Positions 42,571-57,441 are shown, counted from the stretch's first letter. The stretch is 64,000 bases of DNA from Magallana gigas (GCF_963853765.1 NC_088855.1:54622001-54686000); one strand, 5' to 3'. The notes: generated by a model from the sequence alone, not told the origin. Program-made: numbers and translations.

Positions 42571-45500
42571 TCATGTATCCTTGAGGGACAGTTTGTTTGC
42601 CTCTGTAGTGATTTCGCTATGTCTTATGTCCTCCATATCTGATGATTTATCTCCCTTTGACACACTACTGCTGTCTTCCTGTTTACTTCCGTTTTCATCA
42701 CAGTTACTGTTGGGTATTGGTTTTTCCTCAGATTCAGCATTAATGCCTATGTCATTACCCCCTCCCTCCCGATTTTGCATTGAGGAATCCTCTGTGATTC
42801 CTTGACCATTTACTTTGTCCCCGTTTACCATAGTATCACAGTTTGCCTCCTGGATGCCCCCTGTTTTAGCCCCATTCTCCTCTGTGGGACTCTCAGTGCT
42901 CTCCTCTTCGTTTTTATCTTGGTGACTATCTTCCGCCTTTGGTTTATTACTATCTCTGTCTTTCTCCTTCTTCTTCCTCCTGGATTCATGGTGACCTTTG
43001 CTAGATTTTCCATTTCCCCCTTTGTGTGCCCCCTTATCCTGAGTTTCCCCCTGGGTTTCCCCCTCCTCCTCACTGCTGGTGAAGCTCTCACAGCTGTCAG
43101 TCTTGGGGAACAGTTTGTGGGGAGGAATCTTGGTAACCACCACATCTGGCTTGGTCCGTATCCCGACGACCTTCAAAATGGTGGGCAGCTGCTTCAGGTA
43201 GTCTCTGTGACCAGAAACCTAATGCATTCCAAGGAAAATTACAAAGATGAGTATACTATGATCTTTGAAATAAGCAAGCCACTATAACTGAATAGGGTTA
43301 CTAATTGTTTGAATCCTTATAGAAAAATTCGAACTTGTAACTGATAATAGGTAGGGAATTGCGCTTCTGTAATTTTCTTTAATTCTCTTATGTCACATTA
43401 ACTACGGTCAACTTGAAATTTATGAATGCCAGTGTCTCACCACATCACTGAGGTCTATGTTGTGCATGCGGCGGTTGTCCCACTTGACTGGCCCTAACCC
43501 TGCAACATTTGTAAAGTGGACATTGGCGGTTCTGAATAGGAACTTGAGCAGCCAATCCCCTCTACAATCAACACAGAAACTTAATATCCACTGGACAGTC
43601 TAAACTTTGTAAATAACTGGAGTAATAATACAAATTAAGATTACGGGTACATGTACCAAAAAAGTTTGAAGTTTACAATAAAGAATAGTCTGTTCATAAA
43701 AGAACTTAATGTACAGTTAGAGATGTAAAACTTATTCTATTTCTGACAGTTTCTTTAAGCAAAGAAAAAAACCTTAACATTTATATATATAAGTAAGAGG
43801 CTCTCTGAACATAGATGCACTACTTCATTGACACTGAATATTCTGTTCACTCTCAGTGTTTGTTTTGTTTACTGGTAAGTTGTTAGTGAGACTCTCTTAC
43901 CTGCAGTATCCATTGATGATGCGACCAGCCACCACGTGACTCAGCTTCTCCCAGTGTTTGACACTCCCTGAGACAGGTGCCCCCAGTAATACCACGTCCT
44001 CTATGATACCCTCACAGCCTGCAGATCAACAGTACCAAAGGCAAATTACCGGTACTTACACCCTCATTTCCAACAAATCTTGATATCAATTAATTCTAAA
44101 ATGTGACTTATACATACTTATACTTATACAAACTTATACATGTAAATATATGATACCTTTCCTCTTGACCATTTCTTCCAAGCAAGAGAAGATGACTCGA
44201 GCACCAAGACTGTATCCAATTAACGTGATTGGACGATTTCCCTGTCAAAAACAACTACTTTGCTACATTCTGAGATTTAACAATGGAATGCTCTTTTAAC
44301 TAACCATAAAAATTGCATAATGATGGTCAAGATTGACTTACCTGTTGCCTTGACAGCAGGACTTCAGCAAGTTCTTTCCCAGTGGATGTGGCTCTCTGTG
44401 TGCAGACGTTCCAAGGATTATCCAGTACATTGGCTGCTGAGACGAGGGCTGAGGGCCAGGCAATGGCTGCAATCAGACCTGTACAGGAACACATTCATAT
44501 ATGACAAAGGGAAAGTTAAAATCCTTTTTTCCCTGTATGTTTGTTCTAGTAATATTCTTCTACTTTTAATGTACCAGTACAATTTTTTTCTTTAATGCAT
44601 GGATTTCTTTTCTGATAAATTATATTTTATTCAAAACCAGATTCTGAATTTATTTTTACATGCATACTGTTACAGAAAAAACTTTCCATTTTCTGAGAGT
44701 TACCAGAAATGATGGTGTATTTGAGTGCCTCCTGGGTTGCCATGGAAATGGCTCCATTTAGGATGTAATCAAAGGCCTCTCCCAGTTCCATCAGGTACTT
44801 GGTCTCCCAGCGTAAACTGTACTGCTCCTTAGACTCAGCAAGTGACTGCCAAGGCATCTTAAAGTCTGCAAAGAGGAACTGCTTAATTGTTTTAATGGAT
44901 TCTGAACCACACTTACTTTTGTTCTAATTACATCTGTCTAAAAAATGATGTTTTAAAATCTATAAGGTGTGCTTCTCATGATTTTATGCAGATATTAATC
45001 ATTCGTATTTAATCTACAGTATTCTTGGTAATGTGTACAACTTTAATATCATGATAGTTTCAGTTAATGGTAACTATACCTGTCATAAGAACACACTATA
45101 ATTATAAAAGGACTGCGAACGATAGCATTGTCTAGCCGCCTAACTAAAAGTCATTTTTTGAAAGTTGTCGAATCAAAGTTATTTTTTTAATTATAATGTA
45201 AACATTTATGTATATTTTCATTAAATATAAATGATTTGGTCAAACCAAACAGAGAGAGATAACTTTGTATATTTGGTTAAAACAGCTCATTTCATAATAG
45301 AAAATAATAAATTCCTTTTGAGGGGATTCAATTATTGTTATTTAGCATATTTTTACCACAGGGTTTGTTGTTTTACGGGGGGGGGGGGGGGGGGGACATA
45401 TGTCTACAGACCGAAATACATTCCTAAGAAAGAATTTTGCTTTGAAAATTATCGCAAAAGTATTAATAGATAAGAATTAAAATGAATTTTTACTCTAATA

Positions 45501-48500
45501 TATATCGTAAATATGTTATGTATTAAGTTTTTATGCACATATTTGCCGCTAAAAAATATTTTCCTCACTGATAGAGACCGATTTCAATGAAATTTTTTAA
45601 GACCCCCACGTTAGCAAAACTTTTGTTTAAAGACAATTAATTTGATTACAAATTTTATTTTGATATAAATTGATTAGGATTTGATTATACTTTTTAGTAG
45701 AAAACTTAGTTTTTGAATATCTGACAGAAATTCTGAAATATGTGGATGTAAAATGTAGGCGGGAAACGGGCGTTAGCGTTCGCAGTTCTTTAAGGATTTA
45801 TCAACAAATACTCAACATATGTTCCCTGTTAAGAGGGTAGTTACCTGGCATTTCCTTGGAGAGCCAACCGGTGATCGCCACAGTAACATGGAGCTGCTTA
45901 CCGACCACCACCAGGGGCTCAAACTCAAACTCCTCCACTGCCCCCACCCGCTTCTTCATCTTGAAACCTACAGCACACAGTGTCTTTTTTAAGCTTAGAA
46001 CATTTTGAAATTACTTCTGATTGTTTCTTTTAACTGAAAATTTAAAATAATTCATGAATACCCCTCCCCCTATACACACACACACACATCACTAACTGAA
46101 AGTGAATTAACCAATTATTACCCCCTAATCCTGCCCCTGCTACCCCGAACAAGGATCCAATGATGGCCACCCCAGCTGTGGACCCTAAGGCTGCTGCTCC
46201 AGCACCACCAATGATAGAGGCAGCACCAGCTGCCACTAAAGGGGCCGCCAGGCCACCAGTCAACCCTGAAAAGTACAACAATCCAACTTTTAATTAGTAG
46301 GAATTTCATATTTCACTAAATAGAATGAGTTTTTATGAATAATTTCAGAATAATACATCTACACATTGTCACAGTCAAAGAAACACCTCATGAACACTTG
46401 ACTGTGATGAAGCAAAATCAAACACACTAGAACAATGAAATATGTTTTAAATAGAATATCACAAAAGCCAAGATATTAATATATATAAAACAATGATAGT
46501 CTAAGTTTCTGACCAATCAAAGTTCCGCCTCCGACAGTGGCCAGACCAATTAATGCAAATCGTTTTATCTTCTTGTTTCTTGAAATCTTTTTCTTTTCTT
46601 TTTCTTCCTCTCTGCAGAAATACACAATCATGTACACATAGTCAAAATTTTACACTTTCAAATGGATGTAAAAAACCCAGGCAAATATATCCAGGTGTAC
46701 AAACAAACATTGACTTAAAGAGCAGGTCAATTCATAATCTAAAATTCATTTTACAATCCATTTTTTTTTTATAAAACTTTACTCAAATCAATGAATTTAA
46801 ACCCTGTATGTAAATGACCATGACTTTTGGGATATACTGTTTCCTTTATTAATATACTGGTACATTTATACTGGTACAATTGCATCTACAAGGTATCTTA
46901 ATAACAATCTCATCAGTGTGGTATAACTAAGCCGTACTACAGTGCGTGCTAGAAACAGGAATCTGCAAGTTCATGAAGTACATGTAAAACAATGGGTTTA
47001 AAGAAACCTGAAAACCACAGAAAATTGTTCCTAATCATCCTTTATTATATCTATGTTCAGAAATCTCCTGATACAGTGTGATACTAAAATGACAATCAAA
47101 TTACTGAAGTACTGACGGGAGTTGATTTAATCGATTATCATTATTTTAAAATCAAATTATCTCGCATGGCATTAAGTCCCTAAAGTAGTCTGTATTTGAA
47201 TTACGCACTTTTTTATAATATGAATTTTTAGACTTTTCCAGCAAGAATTTCAAGAAACCCCATATGACTCATGTTGTGTAATATTTAAAGATAGATTTCA
47301 AACTATGTATTAGTAATTGAAACAATTCTAAAAATTTTATGGATCCAAACACTATGACATTAAACTCTAGTCTCGTTCAAACAGACACTCGGCTGTCTCC
47401 GTTAATCTCTGACAAGCAAGAGAGCCTCTCTCTGCTTGTCGGAGATTTACAGAGACAGCAGAGTGTTTGGTTAAACGAGACTTTTTAAATTCTGGCGTGG
47501 GTATACATGAGACTACAAATATATCTAAATTGTTCGTATTATATAAAATCTGACTATTTTCAAAGTGTTTATAGATAAGTTTCCTTGAAAAACAATGCTT
47601 CAGCATACATAACATCGAATTTTTCTATCATATTCAAGAACTAAGTATTGTCAGGGGTGATGATTTGTGCCTTGGTCCGAACACTGTTTCACTTTCGGTT
47701 TGCCAGAGTAACTGCAAAGGAGAGTTGATTAAAATCAACTCCAAAAAAACAATACTGGAAAGAGGTGTTGTGTTTTCAATCTGAGTTCTCATAAAGAAGA
47801 TAAATCAATACTATGCATACAATAACATGCATACAAATGCTTGTGAAAGTATATTCAATTTATTCATTCATAATTCATGCTGAAAAACCATTGATGCAAA
47901 ATAAAGCAATACTAAAATAAATTTAAACATTCAATTATTGTTACAGTTAGTAAAATACACGGTGAAAATTAAAAGTATATTTCAAATCAGACACTAAAAA
48001 AATTTACAGTACATATAGCAATGGATATATTGCAAAGGCAAATATCATTACATGTATCAATACAACATAAATATGTTAACACAGTGCAATTACTATAGGA
48101 CAAATCTAACGACGAAACCCAAATTCTCAAAGTACAACATTCATGTTTGATGAAACTAATACCTCTGTTTTCTGGTTAGCAGATGTTAATGAAACAAATT
48201 TAAAAGCATGATAATTATATCTCATTGATATTTTTCTTTGTAATTTTTCCTTGTTGAAAGTTTTATAGTTCATTAAAATAAAATTTACAACACAGCTCAC
48301 ACCTAAAAATTTCTGTTCTTTTTCTGTTTTTATGAAAGATTACAATTTTTGCCCAATGTAATATTAATTTACTGTAACAAATCATTTTATTATACCCGGT
48401 ACTTTCATTTTAAAAACTGAAATCTGATTGGTTTAGACTCAGTTGTTAATCCGTTCTATTGCCCTAAGCGTTAGAAACACACTTGGCAACGGGTAACACA

Positions 48501-51058
48501 ACGAAATGTTACATGCGCGTAAATTTTGCGCGTACGGTTTGCCGTAGAATTCACTTCATTTCTATATAAAAGCAGTAATATTTTCTTAAAAAAAAATAAG
48601 ACACTCAGTATAATAAAATATATAGTGCCTGTTTGGGAATGTAACTGTTGAAATTGACACCCCGAGAAAACCATTGTCAACCAATGCGAAGCTGAGGTTG
48701 ACAATGGTTTTCGAGGGGTGTCAATTTCAACAGTTACCCTCCCAAACAGGCACTACTTATATAGTAGCAATGTATTTGTTATAGAATCAAATAATGTAGC
48801 AATGTTATAGAAATGTAATCAATCGCGTAATTCCTAAAATAAGTAATTCCTAGTTTTGTTTAATATAAGGTGTTACTGGGATAAATTGACACAATATGAG
48901 TCCAAAGCTTTTGGGATAAATTTTTGACAGTGTAAATGATACAATACATGTATTTGATTTAATATATATCTTGAAGCAGTTAACACACCACTTTATAATA
49001 TCATATAACATAGTAAAATAAATGCTAGATAATCAAAAACTAATGATAAAATATGGAGAAAATAAGATGATTTATCCTTAAAAAGTAATTGCATATATTT
49101 TACCTGAAAAATGTTAAATGTGTGGTAGATTGATGTTTTTCGTTGCAAATCCCGTTTTGATGAGGGCAACATATAAGATGTACCTTTAGCAAGTAAATAC
49201 TAAATAGCACATTACAACCAGATTAAAATTTTTCTGGATACTTTTTACGATCATACATTATCCCATTAACTTACTCTGACAGCTGATATTCCCGTGCCTC
49301 AAGGGATTCTGCTAACATGGATTCAATTTCTTCAACTTGATCCCAACTAATTCTTAGTTGCCAAGCAACATATTTTATCAGAGTTCTCGTCCTGGCATCG
49401 TACTTTCCTAGAATTACACATTCATTAAGGAAGAATGCCCATCAAACCAAAATAATTGATGATTATAAACAGAATCAGTAGATACAGGGACATTGCTAAC
49501 TGTAGCACTCAGTGCCACTCACCATCACTCACTGCCAGGGTCACTAGGTCCGTCACCACTGGTAACCCGTTTTTCTCTAAGCAAGCTTCTTCCAGCAGTG
49601 CGTCGGCGAATGCTCTAGGATCATCGCAGCAGTCGTTCTCCATCATCGCTATGATGGACTCTGTGGCCTGATGGGACAGACTGAGATGCTTCAGGATCAA
49701 CTCCAAAGTCTTCTTCTTGAACGGACTGAAAAATGGACAAATTCAATGTAATTGTTATTCATTATATTGATGACTTTTAAGATGGAGTTTTGAATAAAAT
49801 CAATGTAATTCTTGTTTATTCTAAAACTTGTATATCAATTTACTAAAAATATCAGATACAATCTCTGCAATCAAAATTCTTCTCGATCATGATAATTTAG
49901 TTAACAAAAAAATTATAATAAAAGGATGCTGAATATAAAAAGATTAAAATACATTGTACATGCACATGAAAAAAAAATACAGCACTCTAAATTAAGTGTT
50001 GTCTTCATCATCAAAAGCTTTCTTCATCGCCCACTAAATATATATAAATGTAATGAGAAGTTTCCTATATCTATTTGTTTTATCAATAAATTAGCGAGTA
50101 CATATGTACTTGAATTAGTATACATGTATTAGCAGTGATAATGGTGCTGAAATAAAATCAAGGATAAACTAAGTACAATATTTTCACTAACCTCTCTCGT
50201 TCTTCACTGAACAGATGGTTCAGTGAGACGGCACACAGGGCAGACAAGGAGTAGGTCCCTACGTCTGTCAGGTTGGCTGTCAGACTCTTGGATCCCATGC
50301 TTCCTTTTCTAGCAAAATGAAAGTATCTGTTTGACATCGATGTCAGGTAAATTCAGATCTCAAATCAATTGCAGCATTATGTTTACTGGAAATAAGGTGC
50401 CAATTTATAAAAAATATGTCACTGCACAAGTAATTACAGGTGATTCTGTAATATGTGGTGCACCAAAAGTTTGGATCCACAACAATTCTTAACATTAGTT
50501 TTATGTATGTGCCCTTCTAGAATTGTGGTTTTAATTACCTGTACACTCATTTCATGATTTCAGCATAAAATCAATTTTATACATAAACCACAAAAATAGC
50601 AGCAATAAGGAAATCTATATCTAAATAATCAATTTAAAAGATGGGAAACAGGACAGTTCAAAGATGATATTGTGTGGCAATTTGTGTTGTCTGATTAAAT
50701 TGAAGAAAACACCCTCTTTAAACCCATACACAATTACATGTATAAGGGGGAGGTCCTTACTAAAGTGTAAGAGAACTTGGTGGGAGAGGTTTTAATCTGT
50801 AATACTTAAAGTGCTTGTGCACATTCGGGATATCTGAGAAACTCCTTGCAATATGTAAACAATGTTTTGATTTATGACATAAACAATGACAAAAAAGTTC
50901 TGATAGAACTTGATCATTATTTTATTTAATAGAAATTTTGTGGTGATACCAAAATTTTTAACAAAAACAAAAAGTTTAAAGTGCATTTATGAAAACATCC
51001 CGAACATGGACCTATATACACTGTACACTTCCTTCTCTGATGCTGACATTGAACCCAT
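42571..51058 (-). CDS. TMCO4: Transmembrane and coiled-coil domain protein 4 (DUF726 alpha/beta-hydrolase-like), about 711 aa
   Basis: Exons 51012-51058 (tentative), 50192-50308, 49523-49725, 49275-49407, 46514-46611, 46122-46265, 45845-45967, 44704-44865, 44342-44478, 44157-44241, 43901-44018, 43441-43561, 42571-43218 in frame. [42 protein letters not shown] (GxSxG), DWLLKFL, GHRDY. Confidence 0.95.
47117..47742 (-). mobile_element. About 650-bp non-autonomous TIR element with internal hairpin (copy B)
   Basis: Reverse-complement homolog of 14276-14941; internal palindrome AGTCTCGTTCAAAC...GTTAAACGAGACT at 47369-47482. Confidence 0.75.
48623..48755. mobile_element. Palindromic foldback MITE in a TMCO4 intron
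   Basis: TAGTGCCTGTTTGGGA..AACTGTTGAAATTGACACCCC..AAAACCATTGTCAACC and its reverse complement around a short loop. Confidence 0.8.
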
Positions 51059-52879
51059 CTTCGATAGAGTAAGTCAATGATCTTAACACGACATTAGTGT
51101 ACAACTGTACAAGCATGCATAAATCCTAATCCTTCTAATTTCCTTATGATCAGATAAGATGCGTTTGGGTATAGAACGGCCTATATTAAGCATTAGTTAC
51201 AACAAATGCATACCTAGTATTAAGAAAATATAGTAGACAGAGAGAAAATACCTGTCAGTTGATAATTATTTACTAATCTCTGTTAACTTCGTCGTAATAA
51301 ACTGTCATCCCCATCTGCTGTGTGAACACCGAACCCGATTAGAATTTATGGGAAGGGGGGGGGGGGTCGAGGCTAAAATATGGGAATTCATTGCTTTATT
51401 TTCTAAAGTCTGACTTTTTAAAACAATTTAATTCATATTATTTGAATAAATAAGACACTGAAAATCAACATCAAAAAAAGACTTTATAGCATAAATATTG
51501 TTTGTATAGAAATTATAATTATATATCGAGTGTTTCATTATTTGACCTTCATTTAAAAAGTATTACGATTTTGAGACACCCCAAACCTTTAAGCCAGTAA
51601 GTATGATTAAACCTATCCTTAATCTATATAATTAGCAATTATAGAATCCTTGAAAAGGGCTATGAACTTTTTGGAGTCATCGTGATAAAAAAAAAATCAA
51701 AATATTTCATACTCTGAGAGAAAGAAACTTTTACTTCATTTTAAACAAACAACTCCATATATTTTATGATTTGCGTTCGCCGTCAGTCCAGTCGAATAAA
51801 TTTATACCTACTGGAAATTCAACTAAAACACATGTGATTCTTAATTGCATGGTAAAAAAAAAAGGCACATAAATGTACAACAAATCTTAAAATGAATATA
51901 GTACATGAACCTAGAAATGGAAGATTCGATAGTTTGAGAGCATTAATACAGGTATTTGGAATATTGTGGACTTTTTAATAATAGCTTTTAATTTTTTAAA
52001 AAGTTATACATTATGAAAAAAATGGTTGAAAGCAATTAAAGTCAAACTCACCTCATGCACTTTGATTACTAAAACCGCCAATCGTCCTTTTTTCCCTTCA
52101 CCGCCCAGATTACAAAATTGTTAAAGGATAAATCCAAGTGTGAAAAATACCTTAAAACTTCCAAAAAAAAATTTACTTTTGAAGACATCAAACATGTACT
52201 GCTTGAACAAATCTCCACTGAGTTGACGCTGGACCAATATAGCAATGCATGGAAAAATCTGCACGGAGATGAATTCCATACATATACACCTATATATATA
52301 ATTGCAAATTAACTACTAGAATGATACAACGTTTATTAGTAAAATATATATTTTAATATTTGAATAATATTTGAATAGAAACAAAAATGCTGTATTAAAT
52401 GAAGCAGTTGGGGTAGGGTAAGCTATTTCATTAGAAAAATAAGTAAAATATGTTCCTATTATTCTCAAAGAGTGAACCGGCTTCACATTTTTAGCCTATG
52501 TTTAACTTAGCAGTGGGCTGGTTAATTTCTAATGTTTCATTATCAGTGATCGAGCCGCCATGACTATATAAATATATATATATATAATATATTACCACAA
52601 TTATATATCTACTTTTTTCCAATCTTTGTTTTCCGTTTTTTTTTTTTAGACAAAAGTGAAAAAAGTAAAATCCATGAGTCGTTTACGCGTTTTATAACCT
52701 GTAGAAACTTTAAAGAAGTCGGGATCGGTATACTCCCCCATATTGACTCAAGATTTCACAACAGAAAACAACAGTCTGAATATTGTTTTGTTATAAAATC
52801 AAGTTATTAAGATGTGAAACCAATATAACCAAAGACAGTGTTTATTTGAATGAGAGGTGAGTTATCTTATCAGCTTTTT

Positions 52880-53110
52880 TCCGTTTATGTTATACCATTC
52901 ATAGGTTTACGAAAGCGCCGACAGTCCGTTTCACCTGGGTAGTTTTGAATAGACTGTTTTCTTCTGATGTATCGTTATGCATGAGAAAAAAAGTTAATCA
53001 AATGACCGGGTTTAGGGTAGGTAAACTCGTAGTCGGCTGGGATCGGCGGCTAACTCTGGCTGACAGCGCCTGGCAGTGAAGTGCTGCTGTTTTTATATCG
53101 CCCAGGGATG
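52880..53110. promoter_or_regulatory. Candidate shared promoter of divergent TMCO4 and OTUD3
   Basis: Only CpG-enriched patch between the two start codons; lies just upstream of the OTUD3 ATG. No TSS data. Confidence 0.45.
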
Positions 53111-53231
53111 AGCTTATAAAGGAATGCAAACAAAGAACTAATTGTTGTAAAAATATTTAGAAATTGACGAATTTTTTTTCTGAAACCAACATTTTTGCAA
53201 TATTTAGGTCAGTTTGTATCAGTTTATATTG

Positions 53232-56200
53232 ATGTCTGCTCGGAGGATTCAAAAAGTTCGTAACAGTGATCCTAAAATGACGAGAATACAGCACAATAGA
53301 TATGATGCTGTGACAAGGAAGCGCGAGGAGAGAGCCGTGAGGGAACAGTACAAACGGGAGCGCAAGATAGACTCCTATTTGGCTGATGATGAAAACTTTC
53401 CAAATTTTTCAGCACAACTTGGTAAACTTGGATTACAACTTCGAGACATTCCAGGTGATGGGTATGTATCCATAAATTCTCTCAATAAGATAAATCCTGG
53501 TATAAATACATGTACCACTTGGTGTTATATTTTGTTGTTTCTCACATTAATTTTAAATTGATTTGAATTATTTTGAGAGGAACAAAACAAATTTGGTCAT
53601 TTATATTACCAGTAGAATGAACATAATGTTTACACATTGGATTTCTTATTCTGTATAGTTGAAGGTGACTCAAATTACCAATTGAAAATTTCAATGTATT
53701 ATGAAGGAGATATTGTTAGACATGTTTTGTAAGTAAAGTTTTCTGCAAACATTCTGTACACACATTTACATTGATGAATAATCAAAGCGTGGGAAGCACA
53801 GCAGGGCTGGGAGTTCCAGGTGAGGCCCGGGTTGAGGGCCAGGTAGAAATTTGAAATTTACCTGTAGCAGCTAATCAATGGGAGACCTGTTTAACAGGTT
53901 CTTTAAAGAGATTGTAAGATGAAAAGGAAAAATTTATTAAAGTCCAATACACAAAGAGCGTAGTCAGTTCTGGCAGATATTTAACAGTTTTTGCTTAACC
54001 AACATTTTTAACAGAAATCAGATTTCAATAATTGTGTACTGGTAATGTTATGTAACTTCTCCAGAAGAATTTGTGTCATTGAATCCACATGAACACAGGA
54101 ATGTGTCCCATATTTCTCAAGGCTAGTGTTTGATAGAATCACACAAAACACTAGGTCATGGTTGTAGAACACACATATTAACATGTGTGTCATTTTGATA
54201 TACAGATAATGTAATGTCCTGTTACAATACATGTCTATTACATGTATGTACATGTGTATGACACAAATTTTAAATAGCAATTTATCAGTTATTCTATACT
54301 TATGTCATCATGTTCAATGATATACATTGCAGCATAATTTTTGTTTCATTTTTTAAGCACACCAGGCAGTAAAAAATTGCAGAATGCATGTACTTGCTGG
54401 TAAATCACCAAATATGAATCACTTATTCACAGTTAATGTATTCTGTTGGCTGATAATCAATCCTCAATGAGATATCTATGCAAATCATTGACAATAGTGC
54501 ATTATGGAATACTCCAATGCATATTAATGCTGAGGGATCGACACGGTTCCAGTAGAATGCTGCAGTCTCTGTGTCTGTGGGAAGTCATTGTGGTGAGAAC
54601 ACAATAGAAAGGTGTAGGGGCACCTGCTGAGCATATCGTGATTACTGCAGCCATCGAGAGTCAACAATTAGATTATCTATAGGGCGTAATGTTGTTCTTG
54701 TATTAGCTCATTTATTTTACATCAGCAAAAAAAGGCGTTAAACAAGAATTATCATTTTGTTCTTTTATTAGCTCATTTATTTTACACAAGCAAAATAAGG
54801 TGTTAGATAAAAATAATTTTATTGATCAGGGATGACAGATTATTAATACATGTATATGAGGTGAACAATATAACAGATATATATGCTGATGCTGACATAC
54901 CAGAAATACACGTACATATTGATAGACTGTGAAGCGTGTTGACATAGGAATTAGTGATAGGTATATAGGGGTATGTAGTTACTGGACTTGATAGAGCTAA
55001 GCTCTGAGAAGAAAGGTCAACAAGAGTTCTCTGAATTTTAATTATGAAAAGAGCAAACATTTCAAACTATTCTAGTTCACTTCTTTAAAATTTAAAAAGT
55101 CATTCAGAAGTATCAATGCTGAATGGCCACTTTGTAAGGAGTGAATGTAGAACATTGTTTGAATAGAAGTGTTTGCTAGTAGCTAGGTTTAATTTTGTTT
55201 TTTATTCCTCTGTGTAATAGACTGGTACTGACCCTGCAAACACCATTCATTGTACCGTGAACTTATACTTAGGAGTGTTGACATTGGGTGTTCAGTTTGG
55301 CTGCAGAGGTAACCACTATGAGACTATGACCATGGTACATTAGTTAAAGTCAGTGTACATCAAATTTAATGCACTTGAAGTGTACCATTCGCTCTTCATC
55401 TTACTACATTTTAGAGTCCATAAAGTCTAAAATCATTACATTAAAACTAATTCCACGAAAATATCTAAATATGGCTTGGTTAAAAAGGGCTGGGTGGGTG
55501 TTACAGGTCGGGTAAAGCTGGTTCTTAATGGAATGTATTGTTTGTTGTGAAAACAGTTAAATGAATATTCTTAATGATAGATATAAAGCCACTTTGGGCA
55601 GATTAAGACTTCTCTGTCAGCTTGTCCCTTTAAGAGTCAGCAGGGGCCACTTCTAGGCAATTTGAATTTTGATTATACCTCTGATAGTAAGGTTTAAATA
55701 CCTGACAAATCCTATTGGACTTACCTGTGTTTCACCTAGTACAGGTCTTAAGTTTTATGTGACATTATGGTATTATAGTATTGTAAAGCAAAAAGTAAAA
55801 ATGTTTCAATTTTTGAAAAACGTTTTACCATTAATAATTTTTCATTTCTTCAAAACTCAACTAACTACATGTACATAAACAATGTAGGTCATAATAGTTA
55901 CAATGGGTATAGTTTCAATTATAGGTACTCGGACTGTCTCTGATTATATTTGCGAACTCTTATGTCACTATCAAAATATCTTCCTGTAGGTACTCTGGTA
56001 ATCATTTTCAGGAAAATTTTAGATATCCTAATGACTCATCTGAGTCTCATTACCTCAGTTAGATACTGAGTCATGTGTGCCTTTTATGCATGAGGTATAA
56101 AAGTGTTAAAACATTCAGAGAGCCCAAAAACTTCCTATATTATCTGTACACTACAATATAGCCTTGCAACTTCAAGTGTGACCTTTACTTTTGGATTAAT

Positions 56201-57400
56201 GCTGTCTAACCTATCATGTTTTACTTTCTGATTTTGTATTAACCTCGTATCTTCAGGGGCATGTGATAATAATAAACAGCCAACATGAAGTGAATAAAAA
56301 AAATAAGAATATGAAACTGATGTATTTTTTCAGCTTAGTTTGAATTGGTTATTTATTGAAGATTTAACAATAGAATAAAATATCGGGGGGAAAGAATATA
56401 TCAGGTACATGTATACCAAATGCACACAAGTAAACAACACCTTTATATTACAGGAATTGTTTGTTTCGAGCCCTCGGGGACCAGATGGAGGGACATGGCC
56501 GCAATCATTTCAAGTACAGATTTGACGTAGTCACGTATATGTCAGACAATCGGGGAGACTTTGAACCATTTGTAGAGGATGATGTTCCCTTTGATAAACA
56601 TTGTAAGAATTCGTTACTGTGAGAATGAATTACAAATTCTAATTAATGATACAAGATTGTTTGTCTCTGACATGTACTTGCTTTGTTGCAGTGTCCAATC
56701 TACGTAAGCTGGGCACCTATGCAGGAAACGATGCCATTGTGGCCTTCGCTCGTTTTCATCAAGTTAATGTTGTGATTCACCAGCTGAATGCCCCCTTTCT
56801 ACTGGTAAGGATAAAACCCTTGTACCTTTAAACCGTAAAGTATGGCAAACTATCGGGTACTTTTAACAGAGAAATCATACAATGTACGGTAATATACAAT
56901 TCAAGCCCCTCTCAGCAGTCAGTTATTTTATATGTATTACTGTAATCATCAGTACACTCAAAGCTATAATCAAGCTTCTTTTTGTTGTAAATCAAGAAAT
57001 TATTTTAAAGTTTTAGTTAGATAAATTTTACTTGCATGCAAGACCATTATTTAAAAATTCAGGCACTTTTCATTTACGAAATAAGATCAATCTTACCTTC
57101 ATATCTGAATGAAGGTTACCAGTATGCTGGTAAATTTAACTCTAAAATCTAGAAAGACATACATGGTCACATTATGGTGATAACATCTCTTCTTATTTTT
57201 GGATCCTTGATTAGAATCAATTATGCATAAAACCAATGTAGATGTTTCCTTTTCCCGTGTAGATTCAGGGACAACAGAGCAGTCCCTTCCAGGTCAGACA
57301 GATTCACATAGCTTACCACAATGGTGACCATTACTCCAGCGTCCGCAAAATCCATGACAACACTGAGTCCCCCGCCAGTATTAAAATCAAGGTCAGCCAA

Positions 57401-57441
<41 letters not shown>

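Noticed and set aside
42802-43287. 161-aa hydrophobic plus-strand ORF
   Set aside because: Antisense to the charged, purine-rich last exon of TMCO4, which predictably gives hydrophobic shadow peptides.
54015-54041. 27-nt frame-preserving microexon candidate in OTUD3 intron 1
   Set aside because: Has AG/GT ends but would insert nine residues into the catalytic GDG-NC loop; such site pairs occur by chance and there is no transcript evidence.
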